This document shows, in pieces, positions 1 through 12,731 of a DNA stretch of 64,000 nucleotides. This DNA is from Eledone cirrhosa (lineage: Eukaryota): contig OZ024743.1 in the NCBI GenBank assembly GCA_964016885.1, positions 357,244,001 to 357,308,000 of the forward strand. The letters are read 5' to 3'. The notes beneath the pieces were generated by a model that ran no database searches, was not told the origin of the DNA, and worked only from the letters and a program-made list of their open reading frames with translations. Both the position numbers and the translations under genes were made by a program. Within the stretch, counting starts at the first letter, position 1, and the number at the start of each line of letters is the position of its first letter.

Positions 1-217
1 ATTGGTATTTACTTCCTTCATCTCTGAGGGAGTTGTTAAAAATACCTCTAGCAAGATTGGAACTCAGCATCTTTAATAAATGAAGCTAGCTTATCTAAAA
101 AGCATAGTAGCAAAAGTAAAGAAGAAGAGGAAGACTTTTAAGGGGTTGTTGTCTCATTTATAAAGAGTTATATTATCATGTGGAAAATATAGTATATGAA
201 ACATATATATAAAACAT

Positions 218-395
218 ATTGTTTAGTTCCAGGTCAGCTTCTATAGAGCAAACCTATGGTTGAAGGCATTCTAGCCATGATTATCTTTTTTTTTTTTAAT
301 TATTATTTTTAAGATGGTAAAGTATGATTTAAGGAAAATTTAGCTGCCATTTCTAGTATCTCGGGTGGCCATGCTGAGGCTCTCAGGTAGGCTTA
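218..395 (+). repeat. Degenerate interspersed repeat (SINE-like family); related copies at about 540-725 (-), 1900-2055 (-), 8585-8930 (+), 11750-11915 (-), 52730-52785 (-)
   Basis: Recurrent blocks such as gttgtttag..ccaggtcagc, acctatga.t.aaggc.ttcca and tgatttgag..a.atttagctgctatttctagcag occur in both orientations. Confidence 0.55.
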
Positions 396-1445
396 AAAGA
401 AGAAGTGTGAAACTACATGATAAGGAAAGATGGGCTTTGAATGTAAGAAAAAATATGTGAGCATAATTCAATGGATTCGTAATGTTAACCTTTATAAAAA
501 CAGAGAGTCACACAAGCCAACCGATAATGTAGGTATTCAACCAGTTGGAAATAGTACCTAAATATCCCCCACACTACATTCAATCATCTTAGAAATAGAA
601 GGACACAGTGGATGACACAGTAGATGTTACATTATTTCCGAATAAAAGACAGGGTGATTATAGTTGGAAAGGTTTTGATCATAGATCAGTTAGATCACAT
701 CTGGCTTTGCATTAAACAACAACAGCATAGCTCCCATGACTTTCGGAAACATTTTTTCATGCTCAGAGTTGCTGAAGCATCAGTTGTTAGCTGCTGAGGC
801 ACTGCATCCTTTAAAACCCCCATGCTTCCTGAAATTCATCAACACTACACTTGATATTCTCCCTCCATACACATGTATGCATGTATCTGTGTGTATATCA
901 TGACTCATACACTGTTTACTTTCCTGACATTTGTACATTATTCTATGTACTATACATGCACCTTTGATGATTTGTAGTGCACCTGAGCACTGTACACAAT
1001 AATTTCATTATTATTATTATTATTATATACATAGGTGAACTGTGAGAGTGTTGGGGCATTAAATGCATCAGTGTAAGTGTGCAGTAGAGATAGCTGAATG
1101 TGCATAGTGATATGGGTATGTGATGTGAATAAAAGAAAGAGTGCTGGGTTAGTCTTGATTGAATAAGCAGACAGAGCTATGATTTAATGTACACTATTTT
1201 TGCAGCCCCAAAAGATAAAAGGCAAAGTTAACCTTGGTAGAATTTAAAGTAAGAGCACTTGAACAAATACTACAAGGTATTTTGTCCAACACTTTATTAC
1301 ACTGCCAATTCAGTGTTATACATTTTTAACACTGATAACATTTTACTCTGTACTTTATGCCATTGTAGGGAATATGTTTTTTTTTACTGTAAATCAAATG
1401 TTATTTTTTTATTTTCTTAAAACTAGAATTTATCAGGAAGACAGC

Positions 1446-1888
1446 TTAACTTTTTAGCACTTACATTACTCTATATATACTATTGTATTTTCACAGTAAA
1501 CACTTTATTTCACATAATTACCTGACATAATATCGAATCTATGAGATTTTGATGTTATTTATTTTGAGAACAATACCTTAACCCTTTAATGTTCAAACCG
1601 GCCCAAACCGGCCAGAAGTCTGTACCTCTTTCTGGCTGTAACTGGTCGCTCAAACTGATGTTAAGGTATTGTTCTCAAAATAAATACTTTCAAAATCTCA
1701 TAGATTCGATATTATGTGAGATAATTATGTGAGGTAAAGACTTTACCATGAAAATATAATAGTATATATAGAGTAATGTGAATGCTAAAGGGTTAAATAA
1801 GTATGAGCAGCTGGTTACGGCTGGTTTGAACAGAAAAAGGTGAGAGAATTCTGACCAGATATGACAAGTTTAAATGCTAAAGGGTTAA
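1446..1888 (-). mobile_element. piggyBac-type MITE (about 220 bp family) interrupted by a second copy of itself
   Basis: Bounded by TTAA, ends ATGCTAAAGGG-TTAA. The two halves join to match the uninterrupted copy at 59086-59302. Confidence 0.8.
1578..1796 (+). mobile_element. piggyBac-type MITE, nested copy
   Basis: TTAA-CCCTTTA ... TAAAGGG-TTAA terminal inverted repeats with a TTAA target duplication. Confidence 0.85.
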
Positions 1889-2282
1889 AGTAAGAAAAAT
1901 GCTGCTTTAGTTTTTATGTGAATTAACTAGTTGTCTGAGAAAAAAGGAAAGATATATTGAATGATATAATCCTTTATACATTATGGTCCTGGTCACTAGA
2001 ATACATCTAATCATAGGGCTGCTTGCTAAGTCAGAACTGGCCTGGGGTTACATAATAATAATACTAATGACTTTTGTCACCCCTGACAACCAACTCTAAT
2101 ATAAATAAATACCAATATTGTAACATAATACTTTCACAGTTATCAAGGCTATTTACTAAGTAGGAGCCAAAGAAAAGTTTCTACATAGTCGCTAGAAACA
2201 GCAGTCAAACCCCATTCAAAATAAACACTACTGCAGGTCTATCATAAGGTTCTGGCACTGTGGAGTGCTTCAAAGTTTTATT

Positions 2283-2635
2283 GGTAGGCATTATGAAGAC
2301 CATGACCTTTGGTGGGCATTATGAAGACCATGACCTTTGGTGGGCATTATGAAGACCATGACCTTTGGTGGGCATTATGAAGACCATAACCTTTGGTGGG
2401 CATTATGAAGACCATGACTTTTGGTGGGCATTATGAAGACCATGACCTTTGGTGGGCATTATGAAGACCATGACCTTTGGTGGGCATTATGAAGACCATG
2501 ACCTTTGGTGGGCATTATGAAGACCATGACCTTTGGTGGGCATTTTGAAGACCATGACCTTTGGTGGGCATTATGAAGACCATGACCTTTGGTGGTATTT
2601 TGAAGACCATGACCTTTGGTGGGCATTATGAAGAC
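2283..2635. repeat. 28-bp minisatellite, about 12.5 copies (GGTGGGCATTATGAAGACCATGACCTTT)
   Basis: Near-identical head-to-tail units with no spacers. Confidence 0.95.
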
Positions 2636-2639
2636 ATCT

Positions 2640-3032
2640 ACTACCATGACTACTAACAAGACCTCCACTACCCCCTTGACCACCACTACCACTATCAAGA
2701 CCACAATCATGATGATCATTAACAAGACCACTATCACTATGGCCCCCAATACCACCACAAACAACACCTCTACCACCACGACCACCAACCAGTAATACAC
2801 TGGGTAATTACTAGCCTTGCACCAACAGTAGAAACAACCATTATCCTGACTATTAACAGGACCACTAACACCAACACCAACAATATCACCATGACAATTT
2901 AAAAGACCACAACTAATAAAGAACTATACCACTGTGGCCACGTGGCCACCGCTACCATACTGCTATTACCACTACTACTACTACTAGTCACCATTACCAT
3001 CATTACTATCAAGGCCACCAATACTACCACTA

Positions 3033-3063
<31 letters not shown>

Positions 3064-3083
3064 CACTACCACTACTACTACTA

Positions 3084-3120
<37 letters not shown>

Positions 3121-3845
3121 CACTACTACTAGTCACCACTACCACTACTACTACTACTACTACTACCACTAGTCACCACTACCACTACTACTACTACCAC
3201 CACTACTACTACTACAACTACTACTACCACCACTAGTCACCACTACCACCACTACTACTACTACTACAACTGTCACCACTATCAAGGCCAGTACCACCAC
3301 CACCACCTTCATCACCACCATTACTACTACTACTACTGTTACCACTATCAAGACCAGTACAAACACCACTCCTCCCCCACCTCATCTTGCTGCCACTACC
3401 ACCACACCACACCACACCACACCACTACCACCACTACCACTACTACCACCACTACCACTACTACCACACCTATAGGACCACTGACACTCTATCCCCCACC
3501 ACCTCCACTACTACCTCACTCCACTGCTGCCACTACCACCACACCACTCCACACCACACCACACCACTACCACTACTACCACCACTACCACACCTATAGG
3601 ACCACTGACACTCTATCCCCCACCACCTCCACTACTACCTCACTCCACTGCTGCCACTACCACCACACCACTCCACACCACACCACACCACTACCACCAC
3701 TACCACTACTACCACACCTATAGGACCACTGACACTCTATCCCCCACCACCTCCACTACTACCTCACTCCACTGCTGCCACTACCACCACACCACTCCAC
3801 ACCACACCACACCACCTCCACTACTACCTCACTCCACTGCTGCCA
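2640..3845. repeat. (ACT/ACC)n low-complexity tract with a ~124-bp unit repeated about 3 times at 3467-3845
   Basis: Trinucleotide runs; CACCTATAGGACCACTGACACTCTATCC recurs at about 3467, 3591 and 3714. Confidence 0.9.
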
Positions 3846-3857
3846 GGCTGTAAGCAA

Positions 3858-3897
3858 TGATTGATTGTCTGTGGATGGAAGATGGCAAGTGATTTAT
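3858..3897 (+). promoter_or_regulatory. Candidate Pbx/Hox composite sites (TGATTGAT 3858-3865, TGATTTAT 3890-3897)
   Basis: Two matches to the TGATNNAT Pbx-Hox consensus inside a ~90-bp unique island between simple repeats. Confidence 0.35.
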
Positions 3898-4081
3898 CAA
3901 TCCTTATCTTTAGGAAATTACAGAGCTACTAAGGGAAGAGGGGGAGGGGGGAAAGGGGGGGGCGGATAATCGTGGGTGGAGGATGGGTACTAGCAGTGGG
4001 TTGACTGTGTAGAGTAAAGAAGAGGGAGTAAGGTGGTGTTAGATCACCACCACCCACCCCCTCTATTTCTCACTGGGGGAA

Positions 4082-4570
4082 GGGGGTAGGTAGGTGTGTA
4101 TGTGGGGTGTTGGGGGTAGGTAGGTGTGTATGTGGTGGTGTTGGGGGTAGGTAGGTGTGTATGTGGTGGTGTTGGGGGTAGTAGTAGTTATGGTTGTTGT
4201 ATTATTATTATTGTTAGTAGTAGTATGGAGTAAGTGTGAGGGGTAAGTTACAAAATATGGGGTGGGGTGGTGGTGGTGGAACAGGGATAGTGTGTGAGTG
4301 GATTGTGATGATGGTGGTGGTGGTGTTGTTGAGTTATATTGCTGGATGGGTAGGTAGGTAGGTAGGTAGGTAGGTAGGTAGGTTGGTTAGTGGGTGGGTG
4401 GTAGTTATAGTTGTTATATTATTATTGTTAGTAGTGGTAGTAGTAGTAGTAATATGGAGTAGGGGTAAGGGGTAAGTTTAAAAAAATGAGGTGGTTTGGT
4501 GTGGTGGAACAGGGTTAGTGTGTGAGTGGTTGTGATGATGGTGGTGGGTAGTGTTGAGTTATATTGCTGC
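4082..4570. repeat. GT-rich tandem repeats: 30-bp unit about 3 times, (GGTA)n, and a ~150-bp diverged duplication
   Basis: GGGGTAGGTAGGTGTGTATGTGG.GGTGTT is repeated; 4190-4345 resembles 4405-4570. Confidence 0.8.
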
Positions 4571-4634
4571 AATTGTAACTGTTGGTTGAAACACACACAT
4601 ACGTACGTACATACATACATACACACACACACAA

Positions 4635-4691
4635 TGCGCACGCGCACCAGCCTGATTGACACAACCCAGAGTCTTTGACACTGATTGACAG
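4635..4691 (+). promoter_or_regulatory. Candidate TALE (Pbx-Meis/Prep) sites plus an NRF1-like palindrome
   Basis: TGATTGACAG at 4682-4691 (canonical Pbx-Meis/Prep decamer), TGATTGACAC at 4653-4662, TGCGCACGCGCA at 4635-4646. Confidence 0.45.
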
Positions 4692-4706
4692 CACACATTT
4701 TTTTCC

Positions 4707-4724
<18 letters not shown>

Positions 4725-4741
<17 letters not shown>

Positions 4742-4921
4742 TTTATGTGATGTGTGTATATGTATATATATATATATGTCAGTATGTGTATATATGTACG
4801 TGTGTATATATATGTATATATATATTATATATATATATATGTATATATTATATATATATATGTATATATATATTATATATATTTATGTATGTATATATAT
4901 ATGTATATATATATATGTATA

Positions 4922-4953
<32 letters not shown>

Positions 4954-4978
4954 GCATATATATATATATATATATATA

Positions 4979-5025
<47 letters not shown>
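4725..5025. repeat. (TA)n microsatellite
   Basis: Direct reading. Confidence 0.95.
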
Positions 5026-5027
<2 letters not shown>

Positions 5028-5055
5028 TTCCTCTCACCTTACCGTCATATACACA

Positions 5056-5169
5056 TCAAATCCCGCCGAGGTTAACTTTGCCTTTCATCCTTACGAGGTC
5101 GATAAAATAAAGTACCAGTAATACACTGAGGTATTTGCTGGCCTTGTGCCAAAACTAGAAACAATTATT
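5056..5169 (+). mobile_element. tRNA-derived SINE family 1, 5'-truncated
   Basis: Matches the 3' two-thirds of the full copy at 6501-6673. Confidence 0.85.
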
Positions 5170-5649
5170 ACTTTATCTATTTCTTTATCGCCCCTTCATA
5201 ACTTGCTTTTCTTTCTCTTCCACCCCATACCCCGCTTCTCCCTGCCTTTGGTTTACGGCTTTCCTCTTACAGGTTACTTACCTTATCGACTGTCTCTCTC
5301 TCTCTCGTCGTAATGTGTACGTATATAATAGAAAGAGACAGAATATGTTAGAGAGAGAGAGAGAGAAAGTTAGAGAAAGAGAGAGTCTGTGTGTGTGTAT
5401 GTTTACGTATGTGTATGTTTACGAGCGAGTCTGTATAGGTTGTACATAGGGTCGGGCAACAACCCCTGCTCTTGAAAAATAAATATAAAATACAATAATA
5501 ATAATTAAGTACAACAATCATTAGCAGTCTTAGGAAAGGAGGAGTTTTCTAGTCACAATCTATCACAACCATCACTATCAGCACAACACTCCCCCGTGAT
5601 AGAGTAGTAGTAGTAGTGGTGGTGGTGGTGGTGGTGACGGTGGTGGCAG

Positions 5650-5913
5650 CCGATCAAAACTGACAGAAGAAAATATCAGGAGGCTGTGAACTAACTCCCT
5701 TCTTTCATACGGCGAGAAAGAGTGAGTGAATGAGAGGGAGAGGTAGAGCGTGCGAATGAGTGAGTGAGTGAGTGTATGAGAGAGAGAGAGAGAGAAGAGA
5801 AGAGAGGGTCTATTCCGTTTGTATGGGGAACCTCGGCATTAACCATTAACTACAAGCGGCACTGGAGTACGATTAACAAGATACAACACCACTGCTACTA
5901 TTAACACTATATA

Positions 5914-5948
<35 letters not shown>

Positions 5949-5995
5949 TTACAGCAACTATCACCTCTACTACATTACACACTTCAACGGTAATC
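5650..5995 (+). promoter_or_regulatory. Possible promoter / non-coding first exon of the teashirt-like gene, with a candidate donor CG|GTAATC at 5989/5990
   Basis: Unique CpG-retaining sequence with GA/GTGA tracts, followed by a GT donor and T-rich sequence. No transcript evidence. Confidence 0.3.
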
Positions 5996-6500
5996 ATCCT
6001 CATTGTATATTTTTGTTTTATTGTTATGGTTTTAATATCGTATATTATGTGAGGTGTGCGTGATTATTGTAGGCGCGTGTTGAGATCGATATGTATCTAT
6101 GATGTATATGTATGTATGTATGTATGTGTGTGTGTATGATGTATGTGTATGTATGTATGTATGTATGTGTATTATGTATGTGTATGTATGTAATCATTTA
6201 TTCATATATATTTATTCACAACTATTTTATAGTGATAATTCTAGCGTCATGGTGTGGTTCTTCGCTCGGTATATATATTTATATAGAACAATCCTTAATT
6301 ATATATATATATGTTTGTATGTATGTAAGTATATATAAATATGTTTATTATATATAAATGTGCTTATCTACACATCTAAATATATATATGCCTGTATATA
6401 TGTATATTCTTATATATTCATACTGTTGAGCTATTTTTCTTACTGGTAATAAGGTAGTAATAAATTACTGACCTTTCCTGTTTATAGTTGTATATAGTGT

Positions 6501-6673
6501 GTGGATTGGCAGTATCGGTAGAGGGTCGGACGCCGAGTTACGGCCCTTGCCATTCTGAGTTCAAATCCCGCCGAGGTTAACTTTGCCTTTCATCCTTAGG
6601 GGGTCGATAAAATAAAGTACCAGTAATGTACTGGGTAATTGCTGGCCTTGTGCCAAAAGTAGAAACAATTATT
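6501..6673 (+). mobile_element. tRNA-derived SINE family 1, full length
   Basis: Pol III A-box (TGGCAGTATCGG) and B-box (GAGTTCAAATCC); body GCCTTTCATCCTT..GGGGTCGATAAAATAAAGTACCAG (resembles the Meta-SINE domain as I recall it); AATT tail. Confidence 0.85.
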
Positions 6674-6795
6674 ATATATATATATATATGTGTGTGTGTG
6701 CTCACACGCATTTATATGAAGTGTGCGTGTCCTGTATACACAAAAAAATTGTAATTAAAACATGCACTTATATAAGAAAATGTAAATCTGATGTT

Positions 6796-6839
<44 letters not shown>

Positions 6840-8145
6840 CATAACATGTACTAATACATATAAACATACCATCCACTTGTATGCGAAGTTGGACGTTATC
6901 AGCCCATACCCTTTAACAGGGGAAGTAACTCATATTCACAATATTACACGTTTATTCAAATGTTATTGAATTTCTTTTTCTGTTTTTCTTTTCGGTTGTT
7001 TTCATTTATTTACCCTCGATATCGCACCCTCTTTGTAGTGTATGTTGTCAACTAACACGGTCCTCTTCCATGAGACTCTAACATAACACAATATATTAAT
7101 ACAATACTTCTTGTACATCACACACACTCGCACACACAAGCGCGCACGTATATACAATTTGCTTAACATTGATTTAAGAGATAACCACCGCAGGTTCAAA
7201 CATGCCTTGCCCCCACTTAGACTTGAAGCACGTTTCACTTCGGTTTATCAGTTATCGTCCAGAATATTTTGTTTGTGTTTAACATCTACACTTACTTTCG
7301 TCGATCGGTTAAAAAAATATATTTGTGATCGTCGGCACACTTGAAACGCGTTGTTTAACTTCAAGTTAACAATGATCTACCATGCATATGACTAGGTTAG
7401 GACAGAGGTGTGACCGGGTAGACCAGTTGCCACCCCTCTACGATTTTAAGGACTACTCCACTCAACTTCTAGTTCTTATATTCTATGCTACTTGTATGTA
7501 TATCATATACACTAGAGTACATGATTATATCGCAATTCATACATTAATCATTATAGACGCAGCATGGTCTAATGACTATTGAGTTCACTTCATTATCATT
7601 AGGTTCGGGTCCGAACCCACTGTGTTGTATTTACCACTGACAATTACATTTAAGGTAATTTCATAAGTTGGCTGATCTGCTCATCGTCGAAACCGACGGA
7701 GGTTCGTTTCACACCAATCATATGCATTTTCGAATTGATTACTGAAGTAGTTAATGAGCATTTTCAAATACATCCCCCCATTTCACATCTGGCCTGGGAC
7801 TACTACCGGCTTTCTGTGGGCTTACGCATTACTATAGGTGTGCCAGTAATGACGATGTCAGTTAGAAATAATTTTTTCTTCGTGTTTTTTTTTTTTTTTC
7901 GTGTACTATCAATCAAACTTACCTCATATGATCCTAAGAATTTTCCTCCCTGAAAAGGGGGGAGGGGGCTCGAACCGCCCACTCCATCGAGTTTTCTGTA
8001 CCATTTCATTTTCTTTCGTTTTTTCCGTGTGTAAAAATCTAATCTTACCACACCGAACGTGCTGCAAAGGACTTTTTTCAGGGAAAACATAGGGGAGAGG
8101 GGTTAAAAGACCGAGGGTCCTTCCATTTTCCGGGGGAAAAGCTAT

Positions 8146-8225
8146 TTGAACTCAGAACGTAAAGGGCCGTAACTCTATGCTGCAAAGCATGGTGTCCAAC
8201 GCTCTACCGATTCTGCCAATTCACC
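8146..8225 (-). mobile_element. SINE family 1 head fragment
   Basis: Reverse complement of the A-box/B-box region of family 1. Confidence 0.65.
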
Positions 8226-9449
8226 GTATCTTTCTATAATAATACCGAAGGTTCACCCCATCCCGTCAGTTGAAAGATATTTGGCTTCTATTTCTTGCAG
8301 GTCGAGTGTGTAAAACGCCGTTCCTACGTTGACTCATATCTATGTATGGTTACACACCTACAGTCTTTTGGCTTACATGTGTGTTTGTTTACATTGAAAA
8401 GTGAATAATCTAAAGTCATGGTTATGTTTTTTTCCCTCACCACTTTACATACAATAGAATATCTATTTTAATAAATTTGTTAACGAATCTATTATCAACA
8501 CAGGCTGTTATTAGATTTCTCTGGCACTAGTTTTATTCTTCTTTCATCTACATTTTACATATACCCTTGTTATTTATTATTAACTCTCATTGAACATACC
8601 TATGATTAATGGCCTTCCATCTATGACCATCTCATCTTTGTTGTAGATATAATCTATTCAGGACTTCCATATCTTGTATACATACGTATCACTCCTTTTT
8701 TGAAGTTGTAGTGTGTGTGATTTGAGTGAGATTTAGCTGCTATTTCTAGCAGGTCACCTGAGCTTTCATTGAGCTGACCTACAATCAAGTTTCGTTTTTA
8801 ATATTTTTGTATCCAGGATAACATTACAATGTGTCCTTCCATTTTAAAGACGTTAGGTTATGATTTGAGGGATATTTGACAACTGGTTCTAGCAGATTGA
8901 TCGACTGCATAGTGGCTCCCTCATTGGTTTCACGTACACATATTCCGTTATTGTAAGTACAATTGCTGTACATATTTCACAAAAGGTGAAATAAGCTGAA
9001 ATAATACGCTAAAGTTAAAACATTATTTGCTGTTAAGTATCAAGTCAAACTTTTTAAAAACGATAATAATTTTTGGATTATTAACTTCCTCTTTGGAGAA
9101 GAAAAATTCCATTTCTTTTTCTAAACAAATATTTACATGCACGTGTGATAGTAAGTTACTGGGTATTAATAACAATATTAATTAGAAATAAAAGTTCCTG
9201 GTTTAAATTCAGTCTCTGTATTATATATATATCCTGGACTTTTTAGTCAGTTTCGAATGCACCCGATACACTCTACACGGTGGCTGGTGTTTTGAAGGGC
9301 ATCCAGCAATAGAAACTATGCCCAAAATGGAACATATGAGCAAGACGTCCTTCAACCATTCCCGAATAAAAGCTGACTTGGATCAACCCATGCCAGCATG
9401 GAGAGCAGACGTAAAATAATCGTGTTGATTATTATTAACAGTAATTATG

Positions 9450-9820
9450 GGTACAGGTAGGGATGTGTGGTTAAGAGGTTCGCTTTGTAACCACATAGTT
9501 TTAGGTTTAATCAAACAACATGGTAGCTTTGGCAAGTATCTTCTGCACTAGTTTTAAGTTAACCAATGTTTTGTGAGTTAAATTTAGTAGATGGAAACTA
9601 TACAGAAGCCTGTCATATGTATGTGTGTGTTCTCATGTCTATTTACATTGCTGTTTGTTTATATGTCCTGTAGATTAGTCGTTCAACAAATAAAGATTAA
9701 TAAAATAAAAACAAGACTTTCATAAACATAAATAAGTACTGGGGTTTATATGATTGACTAAAAGTCCTTCAAGGTGTTGTTCCAGCATGGCGTCCACCCA
9801 CTGACTAAAACTAGCAAAGG
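9450..9820 (+). mobile_element. Old tRNA/CORE-like SINE; related copy at about 58795-58950
   Basis: tRNA-like head (GTGTGGTTAAGAGGTTCGCT), CTTTGGCAAGT core, TTGTGAGT..A.TT.GTAGA.GGAAACT block. Confidence 0.55.
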
Positions 9821-9897
9821 TATACTGTAAAATTCAGGTTAACTGTCTATAAAATTATAAACTTATAAACAAACTTCATTTAGTTATTTAACACATT

Positions 9898-10299
9898 TTT
9901 ACCCTTTTGTTGCCATATTATAATTGTTTCTACTTTAGGCACAAGGCCAGCAATTATCCAGTGCATTACTGGTACTTTATTTTATCGACCCCGTAAGGAT
10001 GAAAGGCAAAGTCAACCTCGGCGGGATTTGAACTCAGATCGTAAAGGGACGTAACTATGCTGGAAAGCATGGCGTCCGACCCTCTAAACTGGTTATGATT
10101 TTGGAAACAATGGAAAATTTGGAGAAAATTAGTAATATAACAAATTTTCTCATTATCAAGCTGGTGTTTGGAACATAACAAAGGTTCTTACATAAAATTA
10201 TGATGGAAAGTTTCTTGATCAATATAAATACTTTAAAACAAACAACCTTGTATCATAGATCCAAGGGCAGTTTCAGACAGTTTGGTATCAAAAGGGTTA
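9898..10299. mobile_element. Second piggyBac-type MITE family interrupted by a SINE; inverted partial copy at about 11090-11260
   Basis: CCCTTTTG ... CAAAAGGG-TTAA termini; internal 10100-10210 is the reverse complement of 11095-11200. Confidence 0.55.
9920..10086 (-). mobile_element. tRNA-derived SINE family 1
   Basis: Reverse complement of 6501-6673. Confidence 0.85.
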
Positions 10300-10479
10300 A
10301 AGAGAGTTATATTGGTCTGGCGGAGATGATAGTAATGCTTATTCATCAGCAATTTCATTGGATCAAGCTTGCTCAGATTTGCATGGGCCTGATCCTTCAC
10401 TCATCTCAAATCTTTCATGGTATGTCACAGTTGATCTCAGTGATATCCAGTGAGTCTGTTAACTGATCCACTTTTGTCT

Positions 10480-10900
10480 TCATAGGCAGATCAATATCAT
10501 TTCAACCATGGTCCGATTTCCTGCCCACTCAGAATTGTAAGAGCCTGATTTTCTGCCAATGGCATGTGATTGTTGATCGTGGTGACACTCAGTGTTGTCT
10601 GTTAACTGATTGACATATGTCTTCACAGAATGACCAATGTTAAGATGTTTAAAGTAGAGGATCATTAACCAACTCCCTCATATTTCTTCAACGTTGTCCA
10701 GCAAAGTGAACTCTCATTTGTGTAATGGTCGCTGATACTTTAGGTAGCTTATTGTATAATCTTTCTTTGGGAATGTTTTCTTTCTAGGGCACATTGAAAA
10801 TGTCCCAGAGTATGCACATATATTGGTACTCTCTATCATAGATTTAAGTGTTTTGGTGAGTGACCAAGTGGAAGAGTTATAAAGCATCACAGATTCATCC
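10480..10900 (-). pseudogene. Highly degenerate RTE-like LINE C-terminal fragment
   Basis: The minus strand translates to ESVMLYNSSTWSLTK and IPKERLYNKLPKVSATITQMRVHFAG, typical of the post-RT region of RTE-type ORFs; it carries stops and frameshifts. Confidence 0.6.
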
Positions 10901-12505
10901 AGTTGACTGGCAAATGCCAGTCCTTTTCAGTTATTGACTCACAGTTGCTGTTAGTATTTATTCTGTTGGTAGGCAGAACTGTAGCAGCATGAAATGAAGC
11001 ATCTGGCTCAAGGGAATGAAGCACTGCCTAGTCTAGGAATCAAATACACCATCAAGTTGTTTATTTGAATGCTTATATTTATCTAAAAAACGACCATCCT
11101 CATTTTATGTAACAACCTTTGTTAAGTTATGTTTCAAACATCAGCTTAATAATGAAAAAAGTTATATTACTAAATCCCTCCAAATTTTTTATTATATTCC
11201 AAATAACTTAAAAATTATCAACAGTGTTTTTCATTAGAAATATGATAATGAAAGGGTTAAACAGTTAGTTATATTTGACTAAGAACAATAATTCTTTGTT
11301 TTGTTGTCATATATCAACTGTTCACTAATACTTCATCCTACACCAGTGAACAGGTAACACACATTCACTGAAACCTTTCTTTCACTCTACTCTGATTAAG
11401 ACCTATTTATTAATACTCTACTTCGACACTCCACTAATTCCAGATGCTAACTCAGCATCATCATCATCGACTGGCATGGGTTGAATGAGCTTTTTGGGGA
11501 AACAGTTTTCTATGAGCATATGCCCTTATTAAAACCAATCAATTCTATATTATTGAGTATGGTATATACATCTCATATGCATTGGAATGTATTGTTTATG
11601 TGAGATTGAATCAAATGTCACTACTTGCTTTAAACAGTGTCAATTTGAAGATGTATGGAGACAAGGGTCGGGTGGCGGTGTTAAACTTGGCAACAGATCA
11701 AATGTACCACCCAAGATTTACATACACACATGTGATGTTGAATTAGCAAAGGAACATCTATGTGATAGCTCGAAACAGCAGCCAAATCACCCTCAATTCA
11801 CACACTGACTTTAAAAATGAAGTTTTATATGTACAAAAAGAAGAAATAGTTATGACTGGAATGTCTGCCTTTGGTCATGTCTATTTGATCAAGACTGATC
11901 TGGGGTTAAACAGCACCATGCACTGTTCTTTACACAAGGGTTACTATTTCAATGCAGGACTACTGAGGTTGTAGTATTCATGCATTTATTGACCTTTTCT
12001 CAGCAAAAACTAGCACCCCTTCCATTAGAAAGACTAGCACTATGTCTATATGTAAACAGTTTATTCCCTCCATAAACCAGCTCATTTATTTATGAAGACT
12101 TGGTCATTAAACAAAATATGCATGTGCTAAGGGGCCTCCAGTAAAAAAGGTCCCCCATACAGTTTTTAGCCAGTACAGTATATAGAGTTGTGTTCCATAT
12201 ACAGTATATATGGGTATCGTAATGTCTTCAATGCTTAGGGCCTGTAAAGGTCTTAATCCATCCCTGCACCATACATAGGGTTCATTATAGGCAGTGAATT
12301 GACAAAGTTGTTAGTGCTTTGGATGAAATGCTTCACTATTTCTTCCAGTTATCTGCATTTGATGCTCAAATCCTGCCAAATTCAACTTGTGTTTTTTTGC
12401 AGTCACTAAATAAAGTACCAGTTCATAGGTGGTAGATTAACAGAACTTTTGAAGAATTGGATGGGATTCTTTGTAGTATCTGATCCATATCTGTGCATTC
12501 TGAAT

Positions 12506-12731
12506 TTAATCCTTTAGCATTTAAATCGACCATATCCGGCTAGAATTCTCTCACCTCTTTCTGTTCAAATTGGCTGTAACTGACGACTCATACTGATGTT
12601 AAGGTATTGTTCTCAAAATCAGAATCTCATAGATTTATGACAGTATTTATGTGAGATAATTATGTGAGGTAAAGCCTTTACCATGAAAATATAGTAGTAT
12701 ATGTAGAGTAATGTAAATGCTAAAGGGTTAA
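12506..12731 (+). mobile_element. piggyBac-type MITE (same family as 1578-1796)
   Basis: TTAA-TCCTTTAGCATTTA ... TAAATGCTAAAGGG-TTAA. Confidence 0.85.

Noticed and set aside
2283-2635. CRISPR-like array
   Set aside because: Units are contiguous with no unique spacers, there are no cas genes and the DNA is eukaryotic.
2459-3599. Poly-V/T/S/H ORFs resembling mucin or membrane proteins
   Set aside because: Products of ACT/ACC trinucleotide repeats with no splice or domain support.
6501-6580. tRNA genes at A-box/B-box sites (also 35091 and 49037)
   Set aside because: No complete cloverleaf, and each continues into a repeated SINE body and tail.
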